Shown here: positions 48,270 to 58,009 of the stretch, piece by piece
Layout of the letters: each line of letters begins with the position of its first letter
How positions within the stretch are numbered: the stretch's first letter is position 1
From: Candidatus Cloacimonadales bacterium
GTDB lineage: Bacteria > Cloacimonadota > Cloacimonadia > Cloacimonadales > JAFGVF01
Direction: 5' to 3'
DNA: 64,000 bases
Assembly: GCA_963677495.2 (NCBI GenBank)
Contig: CAXXOU010000004.1
Coordinates: forward strand, 32,001 to 96,000
Program-made: the position numbers and the translations under genes
Notes under the pieces: generated by a model
What the model was told of the DNA's origin: nothing
The model's database searches: none
What the model saw: only the letters and a program-made list of their open reading frames with translations

Positions 48270-48434
48270 TTACAAGTATTTATATGCAACTGCTATGCTC
48301 TCTTTCAACAAACGGGACTTGCCCGGGATTTGTTCAGGAATTTAGTGGGACTTTCTCGGGCAAAGCCCCGAGTGATTCCCGAGAGAGTTCCGAGAGATTC
48401 CCGTGTGTGTCCCGAGGATTGAAAGGGGGCATAG
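48270..48434. repeat. 11-bp-phased palindromic array, core CGGGA/TCCCG
   Basis: Left units at 48313, 48324, 48335, 48346, 48357; right units at 48366, 48377, 48388, 48399, 48410; IR CTATGCTCTCTTTCAA / TTGAAAGGGGGCATAG. Confidence 0.9.
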
Positions 48435-48581
48435 AGGAAGCCATTGTATTGAATGCAATTTGAGGATCGATAAAACAGAATTGTGACTTGTTGCTTATCT
48501 ATGTTATTATTTCTTAATAATTAATCAATTGACAATAAATGCTTATCAAGCATAATATTACCCTAACGATTGGAGGTATAT

Positions 48582-51500
48582 ATGAAGAAAACGTTATTTC
48601 TATTTTTTATTCTATGTCTATTCTCTGCAATAATCGCAGTTCCTGCTTCACCATACCCTTTAACAAAAGCACTCCCGGATGGTTCTGAGCTTACGATTAG
48701 GTTAATGGGTGATGAGTATGTTCATTGGGCTCAAACTGTGGATGGATACACACTTATTGAAGAAAACGGGTTCTATTTTTATGGAGTTAAGAATGGAGAA
48801 GATCTTATTAATTCCGGGATTAGGGCACATGACTTTAAGGATGCTACTGAACAGGAGTTTTGTAGGACTCACAAAACTGATTTACGGTACTCACGTCGCC
48901 AGGTGGCGGAGAAACTAGAAGCATTCCCAAAACGAAACTACAATCAACGTGTTGGTGGTTTCCCAACAACCGGGACACGAAACCTTTTAATGATTCTAGC
49001 TAATTTTAGTGATACGTCAACACTTCATGGTCAATCATCTTTTAATAACTACATGAACCAGACTAATTACAATGGTACAGGCAGTTTTAAGGATTACTAT
49101 CTTGAAAATTCGCATAATCAGCTTACAGTTAATACAACTGTAACTGCTTGGGTAAATGTAACAGGTACTCACGATTCTTATGGACCAGAAGCTCAGTGGG
49201 ATGACTTTGCTTATCATGCGATACAAGCAGCTGATGCTGCTGGAGTAGATTTTTCAACATTCGATAATGATGGCGATGGTGTAGTCGAAGGTATAGCGAT
49301 TATTCATCAAGGACCTGGGCAAGAATCTACAAGTGATACTAGTGACATCTGGTCGCACAGTTATAGTTTAGCTTATTCATATTCCAGTGCTGCGAGAACT
49401 TTCGATGGAGTTCAGGTCGGTGAATACACTGTACAACCTGAGTTAGCAGGAACTGGAACATCTATGGCTACTATTGGTGTCATGTGTCATGAATTTGGTC
49501 ATAACCTCGGAGCTCCCGATTTTTATGATACTGACTACTCAACTGGTGGACAACAAAGTGGTACAGGTTACTGGGATCTCATGGGCAGTGGAGCATGGAA
49601 TAATAATGGAGCTACACCGGCTCATCACAATGCTTATTCAAAATGGAAATATTATAACTGGATTTCTCCAACTCTGTTGACTGCAGCTTTTTCTCCAAGT
49701 CTGAATAGTTCAGTTTCCAGTACTACTGATTATTACTACTACACAACCACTACGGCAAATGAGTTTTTCCTTTTGGAGAATAGACAGCAAACAGGTTTTG
49801 ACTCCTATATTCCCGGACATGGACTGATTGTTTACCATGTTGATGAAAACTACATTGCCACTCATTTGAACTCAAATGATATTAATGCATCCTCACATCA
49901 GGGAATGTACCTAAAAGCTGCCGGTGGGTCAGTCAATGCAAGTACTTGTCCTTTCCCGGGAACTGGTTTTAAGACTAGTTTCACAGATACAAGTTCACCA
50001 AACTCTCACTCATGGTTAGGAGCAAATACTAACAAACCTATCACAAATATTAGTGAGAGTGCCGGTGTTATTTCTCTCGATTTTATGGGTGGTTCCTATG
50101 TAACTACTGCAATAACCTCTCCCAACGATGGTTCAAACCACTTTGTTGGAGACACAATAACAGTCAATGCAACCTCAACAACAACTGTTGGCTTGGTAGC
50201 TTATACAACTATTGTTGTTGCAGATGCTATGGGTACACCGATTTGGAATGACCAGGATAATACGCAACCTTGGTCATTCGATTGGAATACTACTCTTGGA
50301 CTTAGCCCGGGTCGCTATACACTGAATGTTACCGGTTATGGGACAACAGGACATACCCATTCAGATATTATCTCAGTTTATGTTAATGATGAAGGTGTTA
50401 TATTATCAGAAGGTTTTGAAGTTGGAACTATCCCAGGTGGCTGGAATGAACTAATCATTTCAGGAACTGTGGGCTGGCAATTCCTTGCCGGTAATGGTGG
50501 TTCTAATCCTCCAATGTCATCTGAAGGTTCTTTAAATGCTGTGCTTCGAGATACTGATTCAGCTGATGACAAGACCAGATTGGTAACACCACTTCTCAGT
50601 TTTGGTCAGTATACAAATAACAAAGAGATAAGCTTTGACCTTTGCCAGCAATTCTGGCCAAATGATCAAGATGAGTTTGAATTATATATGAGCGTTGATG
50701 GTGGGGCTTGGGCACTTTTGCTTGGTGTTTATACAGACATCCCAAACTGGACAACTCAAAGTATTCCAATAAATACAAGCGGGACAACTTACCAATTTGC
50801 CTTCGAAGGTAATGCAAAATATGGTTATGGTGTCTGTATAGACAATATCCAGATTACAGGTGAAGATCCAAATCCTAAACCTGCAATCAATCCTTTGCCT
50901 GTAGATATGGCTAGTGATGTTGATCCAAGTATGACATTAACATGGAATCCTGATCCAACCGGCACTGCTCCTACTGGATACAGTGTTTATCTCGATACAA
51001 GTGTAAACCCAACTACTTTAGTTTCAGTCGCGAATAGTACAAGTTTAGATACAGCATTGAATCATGGTTCGACCTACTTCTGGAAAGTTGTACCTAACAC
51101 AAGTTCAAAAGGAGATGCTCCTAACTGTCCAATCTGGTCATTTACTACAGCTAACGTTCAGCCAACTGACAATACAGGTGCGGGAGATGTTGCTCCAACT
51201 AATGAAGCTGACATCCCCGAAGGAACTGTTATAGTTATTGATGATCCAACCGAAGAACCATCCGTGCCATCAGGTACAGTTTTGCTTGAAGATGTAGTAG
51301 TTTCAGTCACTTCTTCTTCACCGGTTACACTTAGAGTAACAATTGACTTCATTGGAAATGGTACTCATGTGTACCATGTTGAGGGAGATACAAACCTTGC
51401 AGATGGTATACTCAATTGGGGTGCAGGAACAGTATGGTTTGACTATACATTTAGTGGAGCAGCTAAGGGTGATGATACTTTTGTTGTGATAGATGAAGGT

Positions 51501-52127
51501 GACCCACTAGCTGTGACTCTTTCAACATTTAATGCAGCTGTCATTAGTGCTGAAGATGTAGAAATCCATTGGGTAACCGAATCTGAAACTTCAACTAACC
51601 ATTATAATATTCTTAGAAGTGCGGAAGAATCAGTTAATCTGGCAGATAACCTTACAATCAATTCTCCAATACTCGCACAACATAATGGCTCAAGCAATGA
51701 GTATTACTATACTGATAGTGAATTCATTTCCGGTGAGACATATTTCTATTGGTTGGAAGCAGTTGAATATGATGGTCAGATCTCTCTATTCGGTCCAATT
51801 GAGGTGATTTGTGAATATGAAGAAGAACCGGGTGATACACCTGACTTAGGAATCACAGCTTTGAATAGTGTATATCCTAATCCTTTCAATCCAAACCTGA
51901 CAATTAGCTTTAGTCTGAAAGAGGAACAGAACATCACAATAGATGTCTATAACTCCCGCGGTCAGTTTGTAGCTAATGTAGTATCAGAACGACTAGGGGA
52001 TGGTGATTACAATAGAACCTGGAATGGTATTGATAGTAATGGAAATACTGCTCAAAGTGGTATCTATTTCATAAAACTTAAAACAGTCGATAAAGTATTT
52101 ACAAGTAAAGCTGTATTACTTAAGTAA
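48582..52127 (+). CDS. M6 family (immune inhibitor A-like) metalloprotease with accessory Ig/MAM/FN3-like domains and FlgD-type C-terminal domain
   Basis: AVPA..GDE propeptide, IWSH, GVMCHEFGHNLGAPDFYD, WDLMGSG, LLENRQ, YPNPFNP. Confidence 0.9.
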   Translation: MKKTLFLFFILCLFSAIIAVPASPYPLTKALPDGSELTIRLMGDEYVHWAQTVDGYTLIEENGFYFYGVKNGEDLINSGIRAHDFKDATEQEFCRTHKTDLRYSRRQVAEKLEAFPKRNYNQRVGGFPTTGTRNLLMILANFSDTSTLHGQSSFNNYMNQTNYNGTGSFKDYYLENSHNQLTVNTTVTAWVNVTGTHDSYGPEAQWDDFAYHAIQAADAAGVDFSTFDNDGDGVVEGIAIIHQGPGQESTSDTSDIWSHSYSLAYSYSSAARTFDGVQVGEYTVQPELAGTGTSMATIGVMCHEFGHNLGAPDFYDTDYSTGGQQSGTGYWDLMGSGAWNNNGATPAHHNAYSKWKYYNWISPTLLTAAFSPSLNSSVSSTTDYYYYTTTTANEFFLLENRQQTGFDSYIPGHGLIVYHVDENYIATHLNSNDINASSHQGMYLKAAGGSVNASTCPFPGTGFKTSFTDTSSPNSHSWLGANTNKPITNISESAGVISLDFMGGSYVTTAITSPNDGSNHFVGDTITVNATSTTTVGLVAYTTIVVADAMGTPIWNDQDNTQPWSFDWNTTLGLSPGRYTLNVTGYGTTGHTHSDIISVYVNDEGVILSEGFEVGTIPGGWNELIISGTVGWQFLAGNGGSNPPMSSEGSLNAVLRDTDSADDKTRLVTPLLSFGQYTNNKEISFDLCQQFWPNDQDEFELYMSVDGGAWALLLGVYTDIPNWTTQSIPINTSGTTYQFAFEGNAKYGYGVCIDNIQITGEDPNPKPAINPLPVDMASDVDPSMTLTWNPDPTGTAPTGYSVYLDTSVNPTTLVSVANSTSLDTALNHGSTYFWKVVPNTSSKGDAPNCPIWSFTTANVQPTDNTGAGDVAPTNEADIPEGTVIVIDDPTEEPSVPSGTVLLEDVVVSVTSSSPVTLRVTIDFIGNGTHVYHVEGDTNLADGILNWGAGTVWFDYTFSGAAKGDDTFVVIDEGDPLAVTLSTFNAAVISAEDVEIHWVTESETSTNHYNILRSAEESVNLADNLTINSPILAQHNGSSNEYYYTDSEFISGETYFYWLEAVEYDGQISLFGPIEVICEYEEEPGDTPDLGITALNSVYPNPFNPNLTISFSLKEEQNITIDVYNSRGQFVANVVSERLGDGDYNRTWNGIDSNGNTAQSGIYFIKLKTVDKVFTSKAVLLK

Positions 52128-52142
52128 AAACGAATGATAATT

Positions 52143-52170
52143 TAAGGCTATGAGAATTCTCATAGCCTTA
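52143..52170. terminator. Bidirectional terminator (perfect 28-bp palindrome)
   Basis: TAAGGCTATGAGAATTCTCATAGCCTTA between convergent genes. Confidence 0.8.
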
Positions 52171-52614
52171 TTTATTTACGTAAAGCTCCATTATTACTTC
52201 ATCATTAGCTTTGTATGTCTCACCGGTTTCTTTAAACCCAAGCTTTTTATAAAGGGCTTCAGCTCTCTTGTTATCTCTATTGTAATTCAGAGTAATGACC
52301 TTGCAATCATCAAACTCAGATAGATATTCAATCAATGCTTTCATTGCCTCAGTCCCATATCCTTTGCCTTGAAGCTTCTTATCTATTACAATCACAAGGA
52401 TATCGTATGCAATCCTGGGTTCCGTATCTTTCTCATAGGAAGCAAACCCAATGACATGATCATCTCGATAAATCGCTAAAGGTATTTTGGATGGTAGCAC
52501 ATATGATAAAGCGATATTATTAACAACCGGGGCAAGAAACTGAGGATCAATTCCGGTGTCTATATTAATACATGCTTTAATGTTCTCAATAGTTATAGGT
52601 TTGATTGTAATCAT
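52168..52614 (-). CDS. GNAT N-acetyltransferase
   Basis: IDKKLQGKGYG, NKRAEALYKKLGF. Confidence 0.9.
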   Translation of the reverse strand: MITIKPITIENIKACINIDTGIDPQFLAPVVNNIALSYVLPSKIPLAIYRDDHVIGFASYEKDTEPRIAYDILVIVIDKKLQGKGYGTEAMKALIEYLSEFDDCKVITLNYNRDNKRAEALYKKLGFKETGETYKANDEVIMELYVNK

Positions 52615-52773
52615 AATCTCTCCTTATTCGGATTATTTAAGTAGAAGTAAATTCTTTTAGGTCTGGTTGACAAGTAAAAATTATCAAGTCCTGTCCCAGT
52701 GAATGCTCTATCGAGCTGTGGCCAAGCAGGCAGCATGCTCTACAATTCGACTTGCAATATTGATCAACCTTCC

Positions 52774-53190
52774 AGCTCTGAAAGAGCGATTGTTTAATAG
52801 CCCCATGCGACAACTTGTCGCTTGGGATTAAAGATCTCGGACATTGATTTAGCCCTGAAGGGGCGTAAGAGCTCAAACGTGTTAATCTTTCGCCCCTATA
52901 GGGCTACTATCTTCTTTTATTACATTACCACATGCCAAAGCATATGGCTATTGAACAGACGCCTTTTCAAGGCTAAAGCAATCTATGAGAGCTATGTGCA
53001 AGTGAGGGCACTTACACTACATTCCAGCCCTAAATGGGCTGTTTGTGAATAGCCCCGAGTTTTGTGAACCCGGGGTAATGTACTCCATAAGACCATTATA
53101 ACCCTGAAGGGGTTCAACGATTCCTTTGTATGCAAAAACGATTTCCCGATAGGGAAACATAATACTAGCCATTGGATCCACGACCCATGG
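52774..53190. repeat. Cluster of AGCCCTGAAAGGGC-type REP-like palindromes
   Basis: AGCTCTGAAAGAGCG, AGCCCTGAAGGGGCG, CGCCCCTATAGGGCT, GCCTTTTCAAGGCT, AGCCCTAAATGGGCT, ACCCTGAAGGGGTT, with ATAGCCC hairpins. Confidence 0.75.
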
Positions 53191-53400
53191 ACATGAAACA
53201 AACAATCCCCAATCCGATTAGGATTGCACTAATACAATTTCCAAACAGTGGTATAATGCAATCCATGAAGATGGATTAACAAGTCTTGATTTAACCCTTG
53301 ACACCGAGAAAATGTATGGAGTTAATAAACAAAACAGATTGACCCAATATTTTGAATCTGCAGAAGCTTCCAAATATTGTGTCCTTAAAAGGTCGTAACT

Positions 53401-55791
53401 ATGAAAAGAATCATTCTATTTATACTTCTACTGCTTCCATTATTCTTATTTGCAAATATAATAACAATACCGGATGTTTTCACAACTATACAAGATGGTA
53501 TTGATGTTGCTGCTTCCGGAGATACTGTTTTAGTGTTACCCGGTACTTATTACGAAAATATTGAGTTTAGTAATAAATCCAATGTTACATTGTGCTCATT
53601 GGAAGCTACCACCGGAGATTCATCATACATACATACCACAATTATTAATGGGAGCAATGAGCAGAATCCTGTTATTTTATGTTTGCAGAATGTATATGAT
53701 TCTACTTTTAGAGGATTATCAATCACTGGTGGAACAGGTTGTGCTTTTTCAAGTGAAGGTGTTTATGGATGGTATGTATATGGTGGAGGACTGTATTTTG
53801 CATATGGATCAGATGTGTTCATAATTAATTGCGAAATATATGGTAATTCTGCATCAAAAGGAGGAGGAATATTTTGGGGGCATGAAGATGTAAATTGTTC
53901 AATGAGCAATGTGAACATTTATAACAATGTTGCGAAGTTTAGTGGTGGGGGAGTGTGTTTTGAAAGCTCAGGTGATGAATATAGCAATGTTGTCTTCGAC
54001 CAGATTGATAGATGCAGTATTTATAACAATTATAGTCCCATTGGAGCTGATATCGCATGGAATTACAATGATATGAACACAATTGATATATATCTTGACT
54101 TGTTTACATGGTATGAGCCTGCGAAGTATTATGTAGATGCGTTCGAAGCTCAATATGTTTATCCCAATATTAACCCACACCCAATCTTTGATATTCAAAG
54201 ATCATGTATAACACCTGTGGAGAATAACCTTTATGTATCTATGAGTGGAGATGATTCAAATAGTGGTCTAACGGTTGATGAACCTCTTCGAACAGCTTGG
54301 AAAGCGTTTCAACAAATCAATCCTAGTGATGATAATCCATTAACAGTTTTTCTACTTGATGGAGATTTTACTGAAATCGTAAATAATGAATGTGTTCCAA
54401 TAGTGACAAAATCAAACACAACATTACAAGGTGTGTCTACAGAATCTACTCATATTTATGCTTCGAACTTAGTTAATGCTCCTGTCTCATCCTCTATATC
54501 ATTGGGAACACATCATACAAATACTACAATCAGGGATTTAGCTATCACTGTTGATCATGGTTCTGCAATTGGTGGTTATAGTCCGTTAAATGCTGTGTTA
54601 GATAATATTCTGGTTATTGACTCAGACATAGCTCATCACAATAGTGCTTTGAATTTTAACGGCACAAATGGCACATTGTCCCTTACTAACTCAAAGATTA
54701 TTAATAATACTTCTAGTATTGGAACTGCTTTAATTTGCACTATTAGTGAGATATTGATTGAGAATGTAGATTTTATTGGTAATAGTACTGTATGGGACGG
54801 TGGCTTTGATATAGCATTTGGGGTGCATAGAATCTATGCTTTAAACGAAGTCATTATAAGGAATTGCAGGTACATTAATAACAGCCTTTATAATGATTCA
54901 TATGTAGGTTTGATTGATATTTTTGCATTAGATAATTATCCCAAAGTTTTGTTTGATAATTGCTTAGTAGCCAACAATACTGTTTCTGGTGTTGGATATT
55001 CATTTGTTTGTAATAGTGATTATGAAGAGATAGTTGTCACTAACTCCACTTTTGCAAATAACACAGGTGTTTCGGACTACTTTTTATCATTCCATGATTC
55101 AGCCAATGTATCGAATTGTATTGTGTATAATAATATAGGCCATAATTATGATATTGGTATGCATGGAAACTCAAGTATCAACAACTGCTTATTTAGTAAT
55201 TCAACAGATATATATAATGTTTATTTAGATGAGCCCATAGAATTTGGTGCTAACAACCTAGTTGGAACCGACCCATTATTTGTAGGTGGAGATCCTGCAT
55301 TTCTTGAATACTATTATCTATCAGGAGATGATACCGAGATGGGACCTTCTCCTGCTATAGATGCAGGGACAATGGATTTATCACTATTCCCTGCAAACTA
55401 CGAGTTCCCTTTATATGATCTTGCAGGTGAGGATAGGATTTATGGCAGTAGCATCGATATTGGTTGCTATGAGTTCCCCGGGTATACAAATGCACAAGAT
55501 GAAGTTCCGAGTCTTGAACCTTACAGTTTAGCTAACTACCCTAATCCTTTTAATCCTTCAACTAACATCTCATTTACAATACCGGTGAAGACTAAGGTTG
55601 AACTTGCTGTCTATAATGTGAAAGGGCAGAGAATCAAAACTTTATATCATGATGAGATGGAGAGTGGGGAGCATCATGTTGTATGGGATGGTAAGGATGA
55701 TGATAACAGAACTGTATCATCAGGAATTTATTTTTGTAAGATGAGAAGTAAAGGTAAGAGTATTACTACGAAAATGGTGTTGATGAAATAG
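53401..55791 (+). CDS. Secreted beta-helix protein with FlgD-Ig/Por-type C-terminal domain; paralog of 8198-10498
   Basis: TIQDGI..GDTVLVLPGTYYEN, FDQIDRCSIYNN, YVSMSGDDSNSG, DIGCYE, NYPNPFNPSTNI. Confidence 0.8.
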   Translation: MKRIILFILLLLPLFLFANIITIPDVFTTIQDGIDVAASGDTVLVLPGTYYENIEFSNKSNVTLCSLEATTGDSSYIHTTIINGSNEQNPVILCLQNVYDSTFRGLSITGGTGCAFSSEGVYGWYVYGGGLYFAYGSDVFIINCEIYGNSASKGGGIFWGHEDVNCSMSNVNIYNNVAKFSGGGVCFESSGDEYSNVVFDQIDRCSIYNNYSPIGADIAWNYNDMNTIDIYLDLFTWYEPAKYYVDAFEAQYVYPNINPHPIFDIQRSCITPVENNLYVSMSGDDSNSGLTVDEPLRTAWKAFQQINPSDDNPLTVFLLDGDFTEIVNNECVPIVTKSNTTLQGVSTESTHIYASNLVNAPVSSSISLGTHHTNTTIRDLAITVDHGSAIGGYSPLNAVLDNILVIDSDIAHHNSALNFNGTNGTLSLTNSKIINNTSSIGTALICTISEILIENVDFIGNSTVWDGGFDIAFGVHRIYALNEVIIRNCRYINNSLYNDSYVGLIDIFALDNYPKVLFDNCLVANNTVSGVGYSFVCNSDYEEIVVTNSTFANNTGVSDYFLSFHDSANVSNCIVYNNIGHNYDIGMHGNSSINNCLFSNSTDIYNVYLDEPIEFGANNLVGTDPLFVGGDPAFLEYYYLSGDDTEMGPSPAIDAGTMDLSLFPANYEFPLYDLAGEDRIYGSSIDIGCYEFPGYTNAQDEVPSLEPYSLANYPNPFNPSTNISFTIPVKTKVELAVYNVKGQRIKTLYHDEMESGEHHVVWDGKDDDNRTVSSGIYFCKMRSKGKSITTKMVLMK

Positions 55792-55809
55792 TATCATAGT
55801 ATAATTAGT

Positions 55810-55839
55810 AAGAGTGCTCTAAGGTAGGGCACTCTTTTT
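55810..55839 (+). terminator. Intrinsic terminator
   Basis: AAGAGTGCTCTA..TAGGGCACTCTT followed by a T run. Confidence 0.75.
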
Positions 55840-55869
55840 ATTTGACAAGCAAAAAGCTCTTACTTAAAT

Positions 55870-57090
55870 ATGCGTATGAAAAAGGCATTAATCAACCCTG
55901 ATGTAACAATGGTGCTTTATATCTTGTTACTAATAATGACTCCGTTCCTGATGTTAATGAACTATCTTCAACAGTTTATTGGAGATTTTTCTAAGTTATC
56001 ATTCAGTCTTGGACCTGTGAATATTCCCTATAGTGTATCGATTGTTGTGGTTGTTTTAACTGCGACATTGATTGCATTTAGGAAGCAGATTACCCCACTA
56101 AAATTGCTGTTTTCACTAATTACAATCGGTTTGTTCTTTGTGGGGCAACAGATGAGTGACTGGTATTTTAATCACACTTACTATGACCTTCAGCATAATT
56201 GGCATTATGTTGCTTATGGCATCTTTGCGTTTATCGCATATAGAGCCTTCCGACGTAAGGGATATAGTGAAACGAAGATAATTTACTTAACTTTCATCAC
56301 TGCCATCATTGCCAGTAGTTTTGATGAATTTGTGCAAGTCTATATCTCTTCACGTATATTCGATGTGTCTGATATTGCAAAGGATACTTTCGGTGTATGT
56401 GTAGGTTTGTTCTTCTTACATTTCGTTCTCAAAGATAGATTTATTCTTAAGAATAGGGTAGAAGTAAAGACGTTAAAAGAGTACTTACATCAACCTATCC
56501 CTGCATTAAGAGTTTGCTTTATCTTTGCTTTTGTTATGCTTGCATTATCCTCATTACTTACAGACGAGAAGTACGTAGTTCATAACTTCGTGGGCTCGAT
56601 AATAGTTAGTAGTATAATCGTGTATTTAGTATATGCATGCAGAAACAAGATTGTACGATATGTGACGTTAGGATTGCTAATCTTGATATGCCTTTCAGGA
56701 ATAATCTCTTATCAGCTCAACAAGGATTATGGAGTGATGCAGGCAAAATATGGCTTCACTGTTTATCGTGGAATCCCAATTCCGTTTTTTGATATCTTCA
56801 TCTTCGAAGATGGTTCGTTCAGACTTGTTGATAAGAAGCATAGCTTTAATGCCAGGGATAGGAATAAGATATTATTTGAAGCATCAGATATTGTTATAAT
56901 CGGAGCAGGCTATAAGAATAAGGGTGGGAAAGGCTTTAACTTAGAGCGTAAGTCAGGTTTTATCTACAATACGGATAAGAAGATGGGGACACAATTTATA
57001 ATCCAAAGAACAGATAAAGCTGTAGAAACATATAACAAACTACGCAGGGAGGGAAAGAATGTCACGTTCGTCATCCATACAACCTGCTAA
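55870..57090 (+). CDS. Membrane protein with VanZ-like domain and C-terminal Mth938-like domain
   Basis: HYVAYG, DEFVQVYISSRIFDVSDI (VanZ); IVIIGAG, TDKAVETYN, IHTTC (Mth938/DUF498). Confidence 0.65.
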   Translation: MRMKKALINPDVTMVLYILLLIMTPFLMLMNYLQQFIGDFSKLSFSLGPVNIPYSVSIVVVVLTATLIAFRKQITPLKLLFSLITIGLFFVGQQMSDWYFNHTYYDLQHNWHYVAYGIFAFIAYRAFRRKGYSETKIIYLTFITAIIASSFDEFVQVYISSRIFDVSDIAKDTFGVCVGLFFLHFVLKDRFILKNRVEVKTLKEYLHQPIPALRVCFIFAFVMLALSSLLTDEKYVVHNFVGSIIVSSIIVYLVYACRNKIVRYVTLGLLILICLSGIISYQLNKDYGVMQAKYGFTVYRGIPIPFFDIFIFEDGSFRLVDKKHSFNARDRNKILFEASDIVIIGAGYKNKGGKGFNLERKSGFIYNTDKKMGTQFIIQRTDKAVETYNKLRREGKNVTFVIHTTC

Positions 57091-58000
57091 GAAGCATATT
57101 GAATCCTTGGAACTTCAAGATAAAGTATTGGGTATTATAGTTGTATCGTTTTGGGCATTTCTGCTAGTTTTTGGACTCCTTACACTTGTTTTAGGAGATT
57201 ACTGGCTAGGTAAAGCAGAAAAGACAGGACGATATACAGAAGCTAAAAGCTTCAAGAACCAAGCTGACTTGCTCATGCAAGAGCAAAAATATCAACAAGC
57301 GATACATATATATAATGACGTTCTAAAACTTAGTCCTGATTATCTGGATGCACTCGGTAACAGTGCTATCGCACATATGAATCTAAAGCAGTATGATAAA
57401 GCTATTCAACAATATAAAACGTTGCTAAAGAAGGGATATAAAGAACCTGAGAAGTGTTATGCAGGTATTGCAACTTGCTATCAGCATAAGAATGACATCA
57501 GTAAAGCGATTGAGTACTATACGAAAGCAGAGGAAGCATCACCAATTGAAGGAAAGAATAGTCTTTCTTTAGCTCATCTCTTGGCAGGACAAAGTAATTT
57601 CCCGGAAGCTATAAAGCATTATGAAGCCGGGATAAGAAGCATATCCTCATTTAAGGATGAGTATTTGAGAATGCTGGCCAAACTCAGGAACATCAATATT
57701 GTAGAGAATACTTTCTCAGATAAGAGCTCAGAGGACATCAGTAAGTTGTATCATGAACTTATGAATAGTGCTCCTTCTGATGAAGAGTTAAGTGCCAGAT
57801 ATAGTAAAGGTCACTTTAACAGTACTCTATATTACAATCGAGAGTTAGCAGATGCCTACAATAATCTTGGGCTTTGTTATGCCCAAATTGGTAGATTGCA
57901 AGAAGCTAAATCCAACTTCGAGTATGCTTTGAAGATACTGCCGGGATATAAAGGTGCGGAACGTAATCTAAGTTTAGTAAAGAAAGACCTAAATAAATAG
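57059..58000 (+). CDS. Membrane-anchored TPR protein
   Basis: One TM helix followed by TPR repeats (e.g. ADAYNNLGLCYAQIG). Confidence 0.8.
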   Translation: MSRSSSIQPAKKHIESLELQDKVLGIIVVSFWAFLLVFGLLTLVLGDYWLGKAEKTGRYTEAKSFKNQADLLMQEQKYQQAIHIYNDVLKLSPDYLDALGNSAIAHMNLKQYDKAIQQYKTLLKKGYKEPEKCYAGIATCYQHKNDISKAIEYYTKAEEASPIEGKNSLSLAHLLAGQSNFPEAIKHYEAGIRSISSFKDEYLRMLAKLRNINIVENTFSDKSSEDISKLYHELMNSAPSDEELSARYSKGHFNSTLYYNRELADAYNNLGLCYAQIGRLQEAKSNFEYALKILPGYKGAERNLSLVKKDLNK

Positions 58001-58009
58001 GGTTTTAAT

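Noticed and set aside
52637..53205. Short ORFs or a transposase remnant
   Set aside because: Peptides such as FRPYRA are translations of the palindromes; no HUH or DDE motifs.
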